This document shows, one piece after another, positions 9,701 to 19,179 of a stretch of DNA of 64,000 nt. Source of the stretch: Gemmatimonadota bacterium (GTDB lineage Bacteria; Gemmatimonadota; Gemmatimonadetes; Longimicrobiales; Gaopeijiaceae); NCBI GenBank assembly GCA_034521595.1, contig JAXHMG010000003.1, positions 768,001 to 832,000 of the forward strand. The letters run 5' to 3'. Below the pieces are notes generated by a model. That model made no database searches and was not told where the DNA came from. It worked only from the letters and a program-made list of their open reading frames with translations. The first letter of the stretch is position 1. Each line of letters begins with the position of its first letter. A program made the position numbers and the translations under genes.

Positions 9701-10229
9701 AGCTCGCAACGACCTGCGGTCGGCCATCCGGGAGATCAATCGGACGGCGACGGACCTCTTCACGGGGACCTTCGAGGAGATTCGGCAGCACTTCCGCGAC
9801 ACGTTCGTGCGTCTCTTCGAAGGGGGCGATGCCGACATCAAGCTCGAGGATCCGGACGATCCGCTCGAGAGCCCCGTGGAGATCCATGCATCGCCGCGTG
9901 GCAAGAGGACGCAGCGCATCGACCTGCTCTCCGGCGGTGAGCGTGCGCTCACCGCTCTTTCTCTTCTGTTCGGCATCTATCTGGTGAAGCCGAGTCCCTT
10001 CTGTGTGCTCGACGAGGTCGACGCGCCTCTCGACGAGAACAACATCGGGCGGTTCATCCGACTCCTTCAGGACTTCAAGGAGCAGACGCAGTTCGTCGTC
10101 ATCACGCACAATCCGCGCACGATCGAGGCCGCGGATTGGATCTATGGGGTGACGATGGAGGAGCCTGGCGTCAGCACGATCGTGGGCGTGAAGCTCGAGG
10201 AAGCGCTCGAGGCCGCCGGCATCGCCTGA
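6744..10229 (+). CDS. smc: Chromosome segregation protein SMC
   Basis: GFKSFAD, Walker A GPNGCGKSN, long coiled coils with central hinge, LSGGE signature, LDEVDAPLD. Confidence 0.96.
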   Translation: MKLRALKVHGFKSFADSTTVEFHDGITAVVGPNGCGKSNIGDAIRWVLGEQRASAIRGTRMEEAIFQGTVGRRPVNRGSVSLIVSNDDGSLPVPFEEVEVGRQVFRDGGSEYSINRSACRLKDVVELCRDTGLGANAYSVIENKMIDAILSDRAEERRGLFEEASGIGKYKDRRKAANRRLERAEMDLQRLEDVISEVETKVRSLARQKGKAQRYMELRQRRLDVEATVVRREMSSLTDRLSQVDQELQGDSWTAEGMRAELRKAEAEVESLRLKEVEAQKARTEAADVLERTREKLVEWERDLAVANEREAYAERRLARIDEERREALERAEAMEREAEELEEERAKCETELQEARRSADAKAGEAEGVRNELAEARSRVETAQERTREIARRTAQLQGDAEAADAQAEELERRLEKTREELETATEQLSDLASQGDLFSGRLDELARDVEEAHREFERQRSEVDEAREALEKAREGEREAVDRAAEIGARVEALERLERDQEGVEPVVRAALDLGDDGVWGTLADFIAGPPETVAAAEAYLGSVARALVVEDDATVHRLVDWFAASWTEGGGLTLLPLDRVPVEEPGGGVLLDGLTVEEPAAAWVRALLTGVELEGSTAGGVPVTSYRGVVRMGNPTGASGILERKERLRLLRAEHNEALDVASGASATRMSSQETLSKAEEELERLRTAWRKAEDGHRKAEAELEAQSDQHGRMDRRRDDLSRQLEGTRATRERAIERAREARAERETLIEQESGVEEEREAAGKALEAVQERWEAVRAEEARLAVDVARLEGDLRRLTEKLQSSTRVREEAGERAGSLDEEEGALRREREDLRTRRAEGEAAIERLFEERTAAEEALRKREEALQGVSDALAAAERHAREARTAERESSDRRHELELERQELTGRVERIRERLEGEWGRALESLMEEANEVAGDTEALQEELTEIVEALERIGPVNMLAVEEHAEETERLDFLQGQRDDLIEARNDLRSAIREINRTATDLFTGTFEEIRQHFRDTFVRLFEGGDADIKLEDPDDPLESPVEIHASPRGKRTQRIDLLSGGERALTALSLLFGIYLVKPSPFCVLDEVDAPLDENNIGRFIRLLQDFKEQTQFVVITHNPRTIEAADWIYGVTMEEPGVSTIVGVKLEEALEAAGIA

Positions 10230-10249
10230 CGGGCCGCGGCCGCACGACG

Positions 10250-11053
10250 ATGCAGATCACCGTCCTCGGATCCGGAACGCTCCTGCCGAGCGCGACCCGA
10301 AGCTCTTCAGCGTACCACGTCGACGTGGCCGGCGCCTCGGTGCTGTTGGACTGTGGTGCCGGAACCCTCCACGGGATGGCGCGACACGATGTGGCGTGGT
10401 CCGCGATCACCCATCTGGCGGTGACGCACTTTCACCCCGACCACGTGGGCGACCTCACGGCCTTCCTTTTCGCGGTTCGAAACGGTATGGAACGGACGCG
10501 AACCGATCCGCTCACCCTGCTCGGGCCCCCCGGTTTCGAAACCTTTCTCGAACGGCTCGCCGCTGCCATGGGCGCGTGGGTCCTGGATCCGGGATATCCG
10601 CTCCACGTGAGGGAGATCTCCCAAGCCACCCCGTTCGAGGATCGTCGCTTCGGTCTCCGCATCGAAGCGTGTTCCACTCCGCACACCCAGGAGTCGGTGG
10701 CGTACCGGCTGACCGAAGGGACGGAGAGTCTGGGCTATACGGGCGATACGGGGCCGTCGAAGCGGGTGGCGTCCTTTCTGGAAGGCTGCGGGCTTCTGCT
10801 GAGCGAGTGCGCTTGGCCGGACGAGAGCCCCGGAGATGGGCACCTCACTCCGAGAAGCGTTTCGAAGCTGGCCCGCCGCGTCCGTCCGAGCCTTCTCGTG
10901 CTGACGCACGTGTACCCGCCGATGACACCGTCCGAGGCGGAGCGCCGGGTCCGTGAGATGTACGAGGGCCGCACCCGAGCGGCCGAGGACGGCATGCGGA
11001 TCATGTCCGGAGCCGCCGGGTGGGTCGTGGACCCTTCCGAGAGCGCGGTGTAG
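10250..11053 (+). CDS. Metallo-beta-lactamase-fold hydrolase, RNase Z-like
   Basis: VLGSG, LLDCG, THFHPDH, YTGDT, GHLT, LVLTHVYP. Confidence 0.8.
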   Translation: MQITVLGSGTLLPSATRSSSAYHVDVAGASVLLDCGAGTLHGMARHDVAWSAITHLAVTHFHPDHVGDLTAFLFAVRNGMERTRTDPLTLLGPPGFETFLERLAAAMGAWVLDPGYPLHVREISQATPFEDRRFGLRIEACSTPHTQESVAYRLTEGTESLGYTGDTGPSKRVASFLEGCGLLLSECAWPDESPGDGHLTPRSVSKLARRVRPSLLVLTHVYPPMTPSEAERRVREMYEGRTRAAEDGMRIMSGAAGWVVDPSESAV

Positions 11054-11104
11054 ACTTCAGGACGGCCCATCCGGCCATTCATTCCCACTGCCAGTGACGG
11101 TGCC

Positions 11105-12157
11105 ATGCTCGTCGTGATGAAGCACAATGCGACCTCGACCCAGATCGATACGGTGGTCGACGCCATCAAGGAAATGGGGTACGATGCCCGCCCGATTCCC
11201 GGGGAGCAGCGTACCGCCGTGGGCCTCATCGGGAACGACGGTCGGGTCGACTCCGCACGTCTCGAGGGGCTCGAGGGCGTGCTCGAGGTCATCCCGGTGA
11301 CCCAGCCGTATAAGCAAGTTTCCCGCGAGTGGCGGGAAGACGACACCCTCATCACCCTACCGAACGGGACCGTCATCGGCGGCACGGACATCGCCGTCAT
11401 GGCCGGGCCTTGCGCCGTCGAGAGCGAGCACCAGATCCTGGGTGTCGCCCGCCAGCTCCGGGAGATGGGGGCGACCGTCTTGAGGGGAGGGGCGTTCAAG
11501 CCTCGCACGTCTCCCTATGCATTCCAGGGGCTGGGAGAGGAGGGATTGAGGCTCCTGGCAAGGGCTCGAGCGGAGACCGGCATGGCCGTGGTCACCGAGG
11601 CTCTGGACGTGGCCGGCGTCGATCTCGTCGCGGAGTACGCCGATGTCATCCAGATCGGGGCCCGTAACATGCAGAACTACCCACTGCTCCGACGAGCGGG
11701 CGAGGTTGGCAAGCCCGTTTTGCTGAAGCGGGGAATGTCGGCGACCATCGACGAGTTGCTCCTTGCCGCCGAGTATATTCTGGCGGAAGGGAACGACGAC
11801 GTGATGTTGTGTGAGCGAGGGGTGCGCAGCTTCGACAGTCATACGCGCAACCTCATGGATCTCGCCGCAATCCCTGTGGTGAAGGGGCTATCGCACTTGC
11901 CCGTCGTGGCGGACCCGAGTCACGGGACTGGCGTGCGCTCGAAGGTGATCCCGATGGCCCGCGCGGCCGTGGCCGCCGGGGCGGACGCACTCATGATCGA
12001 GGTCCATCCGGATCCACCGCACGCCATGTCGGACGGAGCGCAATCCCTCTATCCCGAGGAGTTCGCGGAGCTGATGGAGCAAATCCGGGTGATCGCTCGG
12101 TCCATCGGGCGTGACCTCACCCCGGCTCTGGCTGCTGCCACCGCGCCGAGCACCTAG
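11105..12157 (+). CDS. aroF: DAHP synthase class I-beta with N-terminal regulatory domain
   Basis: [51 protein letters not shown]. Confidence 0.94.
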   Translation: MLVVMKHNATSTQIDTVVDAIKEMGYDARPIPGEQRTAVGLIGNDGRVDSARLEGLEGVLEVIPVTQPYKQVSREWREDDTLITLPNGTVIGGTDIAVMAGPCAVESEHQILGVARQLREMGATVLRGGAFKPRTSPYAFQGLGEEGLRLLARARAETGMAVVTEALDVAGVDLVAEYADVIQIGARNMQNYPLLRRAGEVGKPVLLKRGMSATIDELLLAAEYILAEGNDDVMLCERGVRSFDSHTRNLMDLAAIPVVKGLSHLPVVADPSHGTGVRSKVIPMARAAVAAGADALMIEVHPDPPHAMSDGAQSLYPEEFAELMEQIRVIARSIGRDLTPALAAATAPST

Positions 12158-12211
12158 CAGCCAGTCCCGTCCGGACATGTCTTCGCCCCGGGGCCGTACT
12201 CAGGTTGGAGT

Positions 12212-12601
12212 ATGGCACCGGAATCCACGTACCCGCCCCATCGCTTGGGACGCAGAGGCGAAGCGCTCGCGGCCCACCTCTTCGCGGCCCGAGGCTGGCG
12301 GGTCTTGGCGCGCAATTATCGGGCCGGCCGGCGGGAAGTCGACATCGTCGTCCGCCAGGGAAGACTGCTGGTCTTCGTCGAGGTCAAGACGCGCACGGGA
12401 CGCGGCTTCGGAGGGCCCCAAGCGGCGGTCACGCGTCTGAAGCGCCGCGAGATCGAGGCGGTCGCTCTGGATTACTTGACCCGACACGTGCGGTGGGACG
12501 CAGAGGTCCGCTTCGATGTCGTCGCCATCCGTTTCGATGCGTCCGGGCGGGTCGGTCGGGTCGAGCACATCGAGGACGCTTGGCGCCCCGGCTGGACCTG
12601 A
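12212..12601 (+). CDS. yraN: YraN family PD-(D/E)xK nuclease
   Basis: LGRRGE, RNYR...EVDIV, LVFVEVKTR, RFDVVAI. Confidence 0.92.
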   Translation: MAPESTYPPHRLGRRGEALAAHLFAARGWRVLARNYRAGRREVDIVVRQGRLLVFVEVKTRTGRGFGGPQAAVTRLKRREIEAVALDYLTRHVRWDAEVRFDVVAIRFDASGRVGRVEHIEDAWRPGWT

Positions 12602-12631
12602 CGGAGGTGCTCGAGCCGGAGTGGGCACGCG

Positions 12632-12660
12632 TTGACCCGATCCGGGCGGGCGGGTACCTT
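12632..12660 (+). promoter_or_regulatory. Sigma-70 type promoter for ffs-dnaX
   Basis: TTGACC (12632-37), 17-nt spacer, TACCTT (12655-60), ending 5 nt before the SRP RNA stem. Confidence 0.65.
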
Positions 12661-12665
12661 GAAGC

Positions 12666-12765
12666 GTGCCCCAGGTCCGCAGGGCGAGAGCCCGCGAATC
12701 CCGTCAGGACCCCGCAGGTAGCAGCGGTAAGTGCGGTGATCGTCGCTGCGGGTAGCCTGGGGCAT
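12666..12765 (+). ncRNA. ffs: Small bacterial SRP RNA (4.5S)
   Basis: Terminal stem GTGCCCCAGG/CCTGGGGCAT; domain IV core GTCAGG-ACC-[CCGCA]-GGT-AGCAGC; typical position upstream of dnaX; T-rich tract follows. Confidence 0.88.
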
Positions 12766-12802
12766 CTTCTTTTCCCGGTGATGAGCTCAAGGCCGCAACC
12801 AC

Positions 12803-14494
12803 TTGACGCACACAGCGTTAGCTCGGAGATACAGGCCGAGGTCGTTCGCCGACGTGGCGACGCAGGAGCACGTTTCCGAGACCCTCCGGAAGGCGGTCGC
12901 CGGAAACCGGGTCAGTCACGCCTACCTGTTTTGCGGTCCCCGGGGCGTGGGAAAGACGACGCTCGCCCGCGTGCTCGCGATGGCCTTGAACTGTCCCAAC
13001 CGGGACGAGACAGGGGAACCTTGCGGCGCGTGTGATAGCTGCGACCGCATCTGGGGCGGGCAGACGGCCCTTGATGTCGTCGAGATCGACGCAGCCTCGA
13101 ACCGTGGGGTGGAGGACGCCCGGGAGCTGCGCGAGCGGGCCATGTACGCGCCTTCGGAGGACGGGCGCTACAAGGTGTACATCGTCGACGAAGCCCACAT
13201 GCTCACCCGCGAGGCATGGAACGCGCTCCTGAAGATCCTCGAGGAGCCCCCCTCGAGGGTCATCTTCGTCTTCGCGACGACCGAGCCACAGAAGATCCAA
13301 CAGGCAGCTGCGCCCATCCTGTCGCGTTGCCAGCGCTTCGATTTCCGCCGCTTCGGGGTGTCCGACATCGTGAGGCGCCTCGGCGGCGTGCTCGAAGGGG
13401 AGGACACCGAGGCGTCGGAAGAAGCGCTGCGAATCCTGGCGCGGAAGGCCGACGGGGGCATGCGGGACGCCCTGTCTCTGTTGGATCAGGTCCTCGCACT
13501 CACGGGGGGATCGGTCGATCCGGCCTCGGTTCGCCGTGTGCTGGGGCTCGTGGAGGAAGAGCGGTATCTGGAGCTGCTCCAGATCATCGCCGAGCGTCGC
13601 CATGCGGACGTGTTCACGTTCGTCGGCGAGCTCGTGGACGAAGGGTACGACCTCGTGGAGTTCTACCACGGCCTGCTCGACACGTTGCGGATGCTCCTGC
13701 GTCTCCGTCTCGATCCGGATACGGAGCTCGATCTTCCGGAGGGCTCGAAGCGGGACCTCGCACAACACGCCGAGGTCTTCGAGCCCGGTGATCTGGTGCG
13801 GATGCTGGCATCGGCGGCCGAGCTGGAGGGGCAGGGGAGCCTCCGGCGCAGCGTCAACCCGAGGATTCTCATCGAGATGCTGCTTCTCCGTATGAGCTAC
13901 ATGGATCGTACGGTACAGTTGGAGGAGCTGCTCGGCGCGCTGGGTGGAGCGCCGCCTGCCGGTGGAGTGGCCGGGGGGACGGACGAAGGCTCGAAGCCGA
14001 CTACCGACCGGTCCGAGTCGGTCGCGACGGGAACGGACGCCGCCCCTCCCACCAGGGCCGTGTCCGTGGCTTCGGATGAAGCCGGTCCCGGGCCCCTTCG
14101 GCCGGAACGGGCGTCCGCACCGGCGAGGTCGGGGGCCGAAGCGTGGAAGCGTTGGCTTGACGACGGAACGGGCGTGCCCGTGGGTTTCGCGGCGTTTCTC
14201 CGATCTTCCACCGTCGAGGACCGCGGTGACGGCGGCATCTCGATCTCACCGCTGCCGGGCCCCGGAGCGGAGCGGTTGCGCGACCCGGACGTTCAGGAGG
14301 CGATTCGCCAAGGATTGGCGGAGCACCTGGGACGAACGCCGGACCTGCACATCGGAGCGGCTTCAGAGGCCCCTCCGGGGACATCGCGGGTGACGGAATC
14401 CGAGGTCCGAGAAGATACGCTCCGCGCGCTCTTCCGGGAGGAACCCCGCTTGCGGCGGGCGGTAGAAGAACTCGATCTCGAGCTCATGGACTGA
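12803..14494 (+). CDS. dnaX: DNA polymerase III subunit gamma/tau
   Basis: ALARRYRP, GPRGVGKTT, Zn-binding Cys cluster, EIDAASN, DEAHML, SRCQ; TTG start. Confidence 0.95.
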   Translation: MTHTALARRYRPRSFADVATQEHVSETLRKAVAGNRVSHAYLFCGPRGVGKTTLARVLAMALNCPNRDETGEPCGACDSCDRIWGGQTALDVVEIDAASNRGVEDARELRERAMYAPSEDGRYKVYIVDEAHMLTREAWNALLKILEEPPSRVIFVFATTEPQKIQQAAAPILSRCQRFDFRRFGVSDIVRRLGGVLEGEDTEASEEALRILARKADGGMRDALSLLDQVLALTGGSVDPASVRRVLGLVEEERYLELLQIIAERRHADVFTFVGELVDEGYDLVEFYHGLLDTLRMLLRLRLDPDTELDLPEGSKRDLAQHAEVFEPGDLVRMLASAAELEGQGSLRRSVNPRILIEMLLLRMSYMDRTVQLEELLGALGGAPPAGGVAGGTDEGSKPTTDRSESVATGTDAAPPTRAVSVASDEAGPGPLRPERASAPARSGAEAWKRWLDDGTGVPVGFAAFLRSSTVEDRGDGGISISPLPGPGAERLRDPDVQEAIRQGLAEHLGRTPDLHIGAASEAPPGTSRVTESEVREDTLRALFREEPRLRRAVEELDLELMD

Positions 14495-14501
14495 TTCCAT
14501 A

Positions 14502-14831
14502 ATGAACAACAACCTGCAACAGCTCATGCAGCTCGGCCAGGAGCTGCAATCCAAGATGACGAAGCTCCAGGAGTCGCTGGAGGAGAAGGAGGTTTCGGCG
14601 ACTTCCGGAGGTGGGATGGTCACGGCGACCGTCGATGGAAAGGGTAAGATCAAGCAGGTCCAGATCGATCCCACGTGCGTTGACCCACGAGACGTCGAGA
14701 TGCTCGAGGACTTGGTGTTGGCCGCCGTTTCCGAGGCTCAGACGAAGGCACTCGGCGAGTACGAAGAGGAGATGCGGAAGGCGACGGGGGGATTGCCGGG
14801 CAACCTTCCGGGGCTTCAGGGGCTGCTCTGA
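14502..14831 (+). CDS. ybaB: YbaB/EbfC nucleoid-associated protein
   Basis: SGGGMVTATVDG and DVEMLEDLVLAAV; lies between dnaX and recR. Confidence 0.93.
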   Translation: MNNNLQQLMQLGQELQSKMTKLQESLEEKEVSATSGGGMVTATVDGKGKIKQVQIDPTCVDPRDVEMLEDLVLAAVSEAQTKALGEYEEEMRKATGGLPGNLPGLQGLL

Positions 14832-14856
14832 GCGTTCCCACTTGGAGGGCGCATCC

Positions 14857-15450
14857 ATGTCGGTGATCGATCGCCTCACCGACGACTTCGCGCGCCTCCC
14901 CGGGATTGGACGCAAGACGGCGCTGCGTCTCGTCCATCACCTCATGAAGGCACCCAAGGAGCAGCCGCGGCGGCTCGCCGGTTCCCTGGTGGAGCTCGCC
15001 GAGCGCATTCGACGGTGTGAGGAATGCGGCAACTTCAGCGAGCACGAGCTCTGTGAGATTTGCTCGAACCCGCGACGAGATCCCACGCTGCTCTGCATCG
15101 TGGAAGAAGCGTATCAGGTCAGCGCGATCGAACGGACGGGACAGTTCCGTGGGCTTTTCCACGTGCTGGGGGGACACTTGTCGCCGCTCGACGGCATCGG
15201 ACCGGAGGAGCTGAAGATCTCCGACCTGTTGGGACGAATCGAGCGCCGCGGCACCATCGAAGAGGTGATCATCGCCACGAACGCGAGTGTCGAAGGAGAG
15301 GCGACCGCGGTCTACATCGAGGAAGAGATCCGGCCCTTGGGTCCTCGGGTCACGCGGCTGGCGAGGGGCATTCCGGTGGGCAGTGATCTCGAATACGTAG
15401 ACGGTACAACGATCGCCCAGGCACTGGCCGGGCGCCGGGAAATGACATGA
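14857..15450 (+). CDS. recR: Recombination mediator RecR
   Basis: LPGIGRKTA HhH motif, C4 zinc finger, Toprim EVIIATNASVEGEATA. Confidence 0.96.
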   Translation: MSVIDRLTDDFARLPGIGRKTALRLVHHLMKAPKEQPRRLAGSLVELAERIRRCEECGNFSEHELCEICSNPRRDPTLLCIVEEAYQVSAIERTGQFRGLFHVLGGHLSPLDGIGPEELKISDLLGRIERRGTIEEVIIATNASVEGEATAVYIEEEIRPLGPRVTRLARGIPVGSDLEYVDGTTIAQALAGRREMT

Positions 15451-15761
15451 GTCAAAGGCTGAGAACGGCAGGCATCACCATCCTCGCCGCGGCGGCTGCC
15501 GGGGCGGTCGCGGCCCTCGTCGTCCGTGATCAGATCACACGACACCAACGGAACCTGTTCAGCCCACGCGCCTTCAAGAGGCTGGCCGCGCTGGGTCACA
15601 TGGGACGGGAGCCGGCTTCCGTCGCACACATCCACCTGTTGCGGGACTTCCTCTCCTGGGAGCCGCGCAAGCTCCTCCGCGACCGCGCCCGGAGCATCGT
15701 GGAGCGGATGGAGCGGGAAGTCGGGCACACGGACTTCGGGGACGAGGACATTCCGGGTTGA
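15447..15761 (+). CDS. Hypothetical small protein with N-terminal TM/signal helix
   Basis: ATGA overlap with recR; hydrophobic N-terminus followed by an amphipathic helical domain. Confidence 0.65.
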   Translation: MSQRLRTAGITILAAAAAGAVAALVVRDQITRHQRNLFSPRAFKRLAALGHMGREPASVAHIHLLRDFLSWEPRKLLRDRARSIVERMEREVGHTDFGDEDIPG

Positions 15762-15945
15762 CGGAGGCAGGGATGCATCCCCGATCCCTTGCCCCTGGCG
15801 GGCCCGCCACCGAGTTTAGGAGCCGCTCGCCGTACGCACCCCGTCCCAATACCCTGTTCGGCTCGGGCGTCCCACCCCACCTGCCCGGCCTGCGAGGAGT
15901 TCCGGTGATCTTCAACTCGAACGCCCCGGGAGGTCACGTCGATTC

Positions 15946-16524
15946 ATGTCGATGATCAACTACGCCTCCCGTGAGATCAACTGCAAGATCGTCTATTACG
16001 GGACTGGGCTCGGGGGAAAGACCACGAACCTGGAGTACATCTACTCCAAGGTGAATCCGGAAACCAAGGGGAAGATGATCTCCTTGGCGACGGAGACGGA
16101 GCGAACCCTCTTCTTCGACTTCCTTCCGATCGACCTCGGTGAGGTTCGGGGGTTCAAGACCCGGTTCCACCTGTATACGGTTCCGGGACAGGTGTATTAC
16201 AACGCGAGCCGGCGCCTCATCTTGAAAGGTGTGGATGGTATCGTGTTCGTGGCCGACTCGCAGGCGAGCCGGGCCGAAGCGAACATCGAGTCGATGCACA
16301 ACCTCTACGAAAACCTCGAGACGTACGGGTACGACCTCCAGACGATCCCGTTCGCCATGCAGTACAACAAGCGGGATCTGCCGGATATCCTTCCGGTCGA
16401 AGAACTGCGGGCACAGATCAACCCGATGGAGGTGCCCGACTTCGAAGCGACGGCGATCGAAGGCAAGGGAGTGTTCGAAACCCTTTCCTGCGTGAGCAAG
16501 CTCGTCGTCAAGACACTTTCCTGA
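15946..16524 (+). CDS. mglA: MglA-type small Ras-like GTPase
   Basis: [51 protein letters not shown]. Confidence 0.93.
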   Translation: MSMINYASREINCKIVYYGTGLGGKTTNLEYIYSKVNPETKGKMISLATETERTLFFDFLPIDLGEVRGFKTRFHLYTVPGQVYYNASRRLILKGVDGIVFVADSQASRAEANIESMHNLYENLETYGYDLQTIPFAMQYNKRDLPDILPVEELRAQINPMEVPDFEATAIEGKGVFETLSCVSKLVVKTLS

Positions 16525-16532
16525 GGTGCTCC

Positions 16533-17177
16533 GTGCCGGGGAGCCCGCTTACCCTTCCGAACGTAATCACCCTGGCTCGGATCGCGGCCTGTCCGGTGAT
16601 CTTCTTTCTGGCGCTCTCGCCCGACACCGGTCTGCGGAGCTGGGCCTTCGTGCTTTTCGTCGTCGCGGCCGTATCGGACATCTGGGACGGATATCTCGCT
16701 CGCCGGTACGGGCTCGTCACGAACATGGGGAAGCTGCTCGACCCGTTCGCCGACAAGTTGCTTCTCGTGGCGAGCTACGTGCCCATCTACATGGTGTCGC
16801 AGCGGGGGGGGACGCTCGACTCCCTTCCCTGGTGGGGGGCGATGCCTCTGTGGGTGATGGTCGTGATCTTCGGGCGGGAGGTCTTCATTACCCTCTTCCG
16901 GAGCTTCGCGGCGCGGCGGGGAGTCGTGATCGCGGCCGGCGCCGCTGGTAAGCGTAAGGCCCTCTTCCAGGCGATCTTCGCCGGTGCCGCTTTGCTCTGG
17001 TACCCGTTGCGGGCGTTCGGGGCCGAGCGCGGCTTCGACAGCGCGATCTGGGACGCCTGGTTCGCCTTTCACGGCGCCGTTGTCGCCATCTCGCTGGGGA
17101 TCGCCGTCGTGCTGACGGTCTATTCCCTCATCGATTATCTCTGGTCGTACCGCACGCTCGTGGGAATCCGGGACTGA
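16533..17177 (+). CDS. pgsA: CDP-alcohol phosphatidyltransferase (PgsA-like)
   Basis: TLPNVIT and D..DGYLARR..LVT..GKLLDP.ADK signature. Confidence 0.85.
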   Translation: MPGSPLTLPNVITLARIAACPVIFFLALSPDTGLRSWAFVLFVVAAVSDIWDGYLARRYGLVTNMGKLLDPFADKLLLVASYVPIYMVSQRGGTLDSLPWWGAMPLWVMVVIFGREVFITLFRSFAARRGVVIAAGAAGKRKALFQAIFAGAALLWYPLRAFGAERGFDSAIWDAWFAFHGAVVAISLGIAVVLTVYSLIDYLWSYRTLVGIRD

Positions 17178-17188
17178 CGCGCCTGGCC

Positions 17189-18481
17189 ATGACGGATCAT
17201 ACCTCGACCGACCCCGGCCAACCGTCCGCCGCGATCGTCACGGTCGGCGACGAGCTCTTGTACGGAGAAACGGTCGATACGAATGGCGCATGGCTGGGGC
17301 GGGAGTTGACGAGCCTCGGCTTCGCGGTGATCAAGCGGTATGCCGTGAGCGATGACGATGCGGCGATTCGAACCACCGTCGGGTCGGCGATGGGTGAGGC
17401 GGAAATCGTGTTGGTCACTGGTGGCCTGGGTCCGACGAGGGACGACATCACACGTGATGCGGTCGCCGGCCTGCTGGCTCTCGATGTGCACGAAGATCCG
17501 GAGCTGCGGACGGCGTTGGAGCAGTGGTTCCGCGCGTACGGATACGACCGTTTGCCCGAACCCAATCGGAGCCAGGCCCGAGTTCCCGACGGGGCACGGA
17601 TCCTGCCGAACCGTCATGGAACCGCTCCCGGACTGGCCCTCGAGCGGGACGGAGGGCTGGTCGTGCTCCTCCCCGGCGTGCCACGGGAGATGAAAGGGAT
17701 CTTCGAGGAGGTGATCCGGCCGCTCGTGCGTTCACGTTTCGGGAATCGCCTCGTGCCATACCACCACCGGGTCCTGCATACCTCGGGGGTCCCGGAGTCG
17801 CGCCTCGCCGAGCTGGTGGACGAGGCCCTCCCGAGCGACCTCGAGGGGGTACGCGTCGCGTTTCTGCCGGATCCGCTCGGAGTCGATCTGCGCTTGACCT
17901 CCCAAGGGAGTCCGGAGGACGCCGAGCGTCGGCTCGACGCCGTGGAGGCGATCCTCGCCCCCGTCATCGAGCCGTGGCATTTCGAGGGAGCGCTCGGAGA
18001 TCTGGCCGAGGCCGTCGTGGGAAGCCTGCGAGCGGGCTCGGCCACGCTCGCCGTGGCGGAGAGCTGTACCGGAGGGCTCATGGCGCACAGGATCACGAGC
18101 TTCGCCGGTGTGTCGGACGTATTCCTCGGGGGCGTCGTCACCTACGCGAATCGGGCGAAGGTGTCGCTGTGTGGCGTGTCCCCGGAAGACCTCGAAAGAC
18201 ACGGGGCCGTCTCGGAGGCGGTCGCGCGCGGGATGGCGCTGGGAGTTGCTCGTGCCCTGGGCGCGGACTACGGCGTCGGGATCACCGGCGTGGCCGGACC
18301 GACCGGGGGCACCGAGGAGAAGCCCGTTGGCACGGTGTGGACGGCGATCGCGAGCCGCGGCGACGTCGTGGCCCGGCGCCGACGTTTTCCGGGAGATCGG
18401 CACGACGTCCAGGCCCGCGCTGTGCAGGATGCGTTCCGGCTCCTACGGGACCGAATTCGTGGGCTCGGGAACGGGAACTGA
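17189..18481 (+). CDS. cinA: Competence/damage-inducible protein CinA (MoCF-like + PncC domains)
   Basis: VGDELLYG..VDTN, GGLGPTRDD, LPGVPREM, AESCTGG, GITGVAGP. Confidence 0.93.
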   Translation: MTDHTSTDPGQPSAAIVTVGDELLYGETVDTNGAWLGRELTSLGFAVIKRYAVSDDDAAIRTTVGSAMGEAEIVLVTGGLGPTRDDITRDAVAGLLALDVHEDPELRTALEQWFRAYGYDRLPEPNRSQARVPDGARILPNRHGTAPGLALERDGGLVVLLPGVPREMKGIFEEVIRPLVRSRFGNRLVPYHHRVLHTSGVPESRLAELVDEALPSDLEGVRVAFLPDPLGVDLRLTSQGSPEDAERRLDAVEAILAPVIEPWHFEGALGDLAEAVVGSLRAGSATLAVAESCTGGLMAHRITSFAGVSDVFLGGVVTYANRAKVSLCGVSPEDLERHGAVSEAVARGMALGVARALGADYGVGITGVAGPTGGTEEKPVGTVWTAIASRGDVVARRRRFPGDRHDVQARAVQDAFRLLRDRIRGLGNGN

Positions 18482-18563
18482 ACCCGAATCGGGCTCGGTG
18501 GTATCTTTCACGACCGGGGCAGGGTTGTGCCTCCCCTCGTTGCGAACAACAAAGGCTTGAGGA

Positions 18564-19172
18564 ATGAAGGAACGTTCAAGGAAGCACGACCGACCCGAGG
18601 ACGCCGTGGAGGCGAGCGCGAGCGACGAGCTGCCGGAGGGCGAGGTTCGGAGCGAGCGGGAAGAAGGCGCCAGGGTCGAAACGGAGACGGAAGGGGCCGA
18701 AGAAGAAGGCGATGAAGACGAGCTGACCACGCTTCGGGCCGAGTTCGACGAGCTGAACGATCGCCACCTGAGACTCGCGGCCGAGTTCAACAACTTCCGC
18801 CGCAGAAGCGAGCAGGAGCGGCAGGAATCCTGGTCCCGAGCCCAAGCAGACCTCCTCGCGCAACTTCTCGACGTGCTCGATGACCTACAACGAGTGGCCG
18901 GGCTCGATGCTTCGAGCACGACCGTCGAATCGGTCGTCGAGGGTGTGGACTTGGTCGAGCGCAAGTTCGGCCGCGTGCTGGAGGACGCCGGCGTGGAGAT
19001 CATCGATCCGCAGGAGGAGTTGTTCGATCCGGAGCGCATGGAGGCGATCATGCGGGTTCCAGCCGAGTCCGACGAGATGGACGACCACGTCGCGGAAGTC
19101 TTTCAGAAGGGTTATGCGCTGAAGGGAGTGCTCGTGCGCCCCGCTCGGGTCAGCGTATACAAACACGGTTGA
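18564..19172 (+). CDS. grpE: Nucleotide exchange factor GrpE
   Basis: [25 protein letters not shown]...VRPARVSV. Confidence 0.94.
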   Translation: MKERSRKHDRPEDAVEASASDELPEGEVRSEREEGARVETETEGAEEEGDEDELTTLRAEFDELNDRHLRLAAEFNNFRRRSEQERQESWSRAQADLLAQLLDVLDDLQRVAGLDASSTTVESVVEGVDLVERKFGRVLEDAGVEIIDPQEELFDPERMEAIMRVPAESDEMDDHVAEVFQKGYALKGVLVRPARVSVYKHG

Positions 19173-19179
19173 GGCGAGT

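Noticed and set aside
12803-14494. Programmed frameshift or slippage site in dnaX
   Set aside because: No A-AAA-AAG or long A run seen in the gene.
15758-15955. 65-aa ORF upstream of mglA as a possible MglB
   Set aside because: Pro/Gly-rich, too short and with no roadblock pattern.
18482-18563. CIRCE operator upstream of grpE-dnaJ
   Set aside because: No TTAGCACTC-N9-GAGTGCTAA match; hrcA and dnaK are not in the window.
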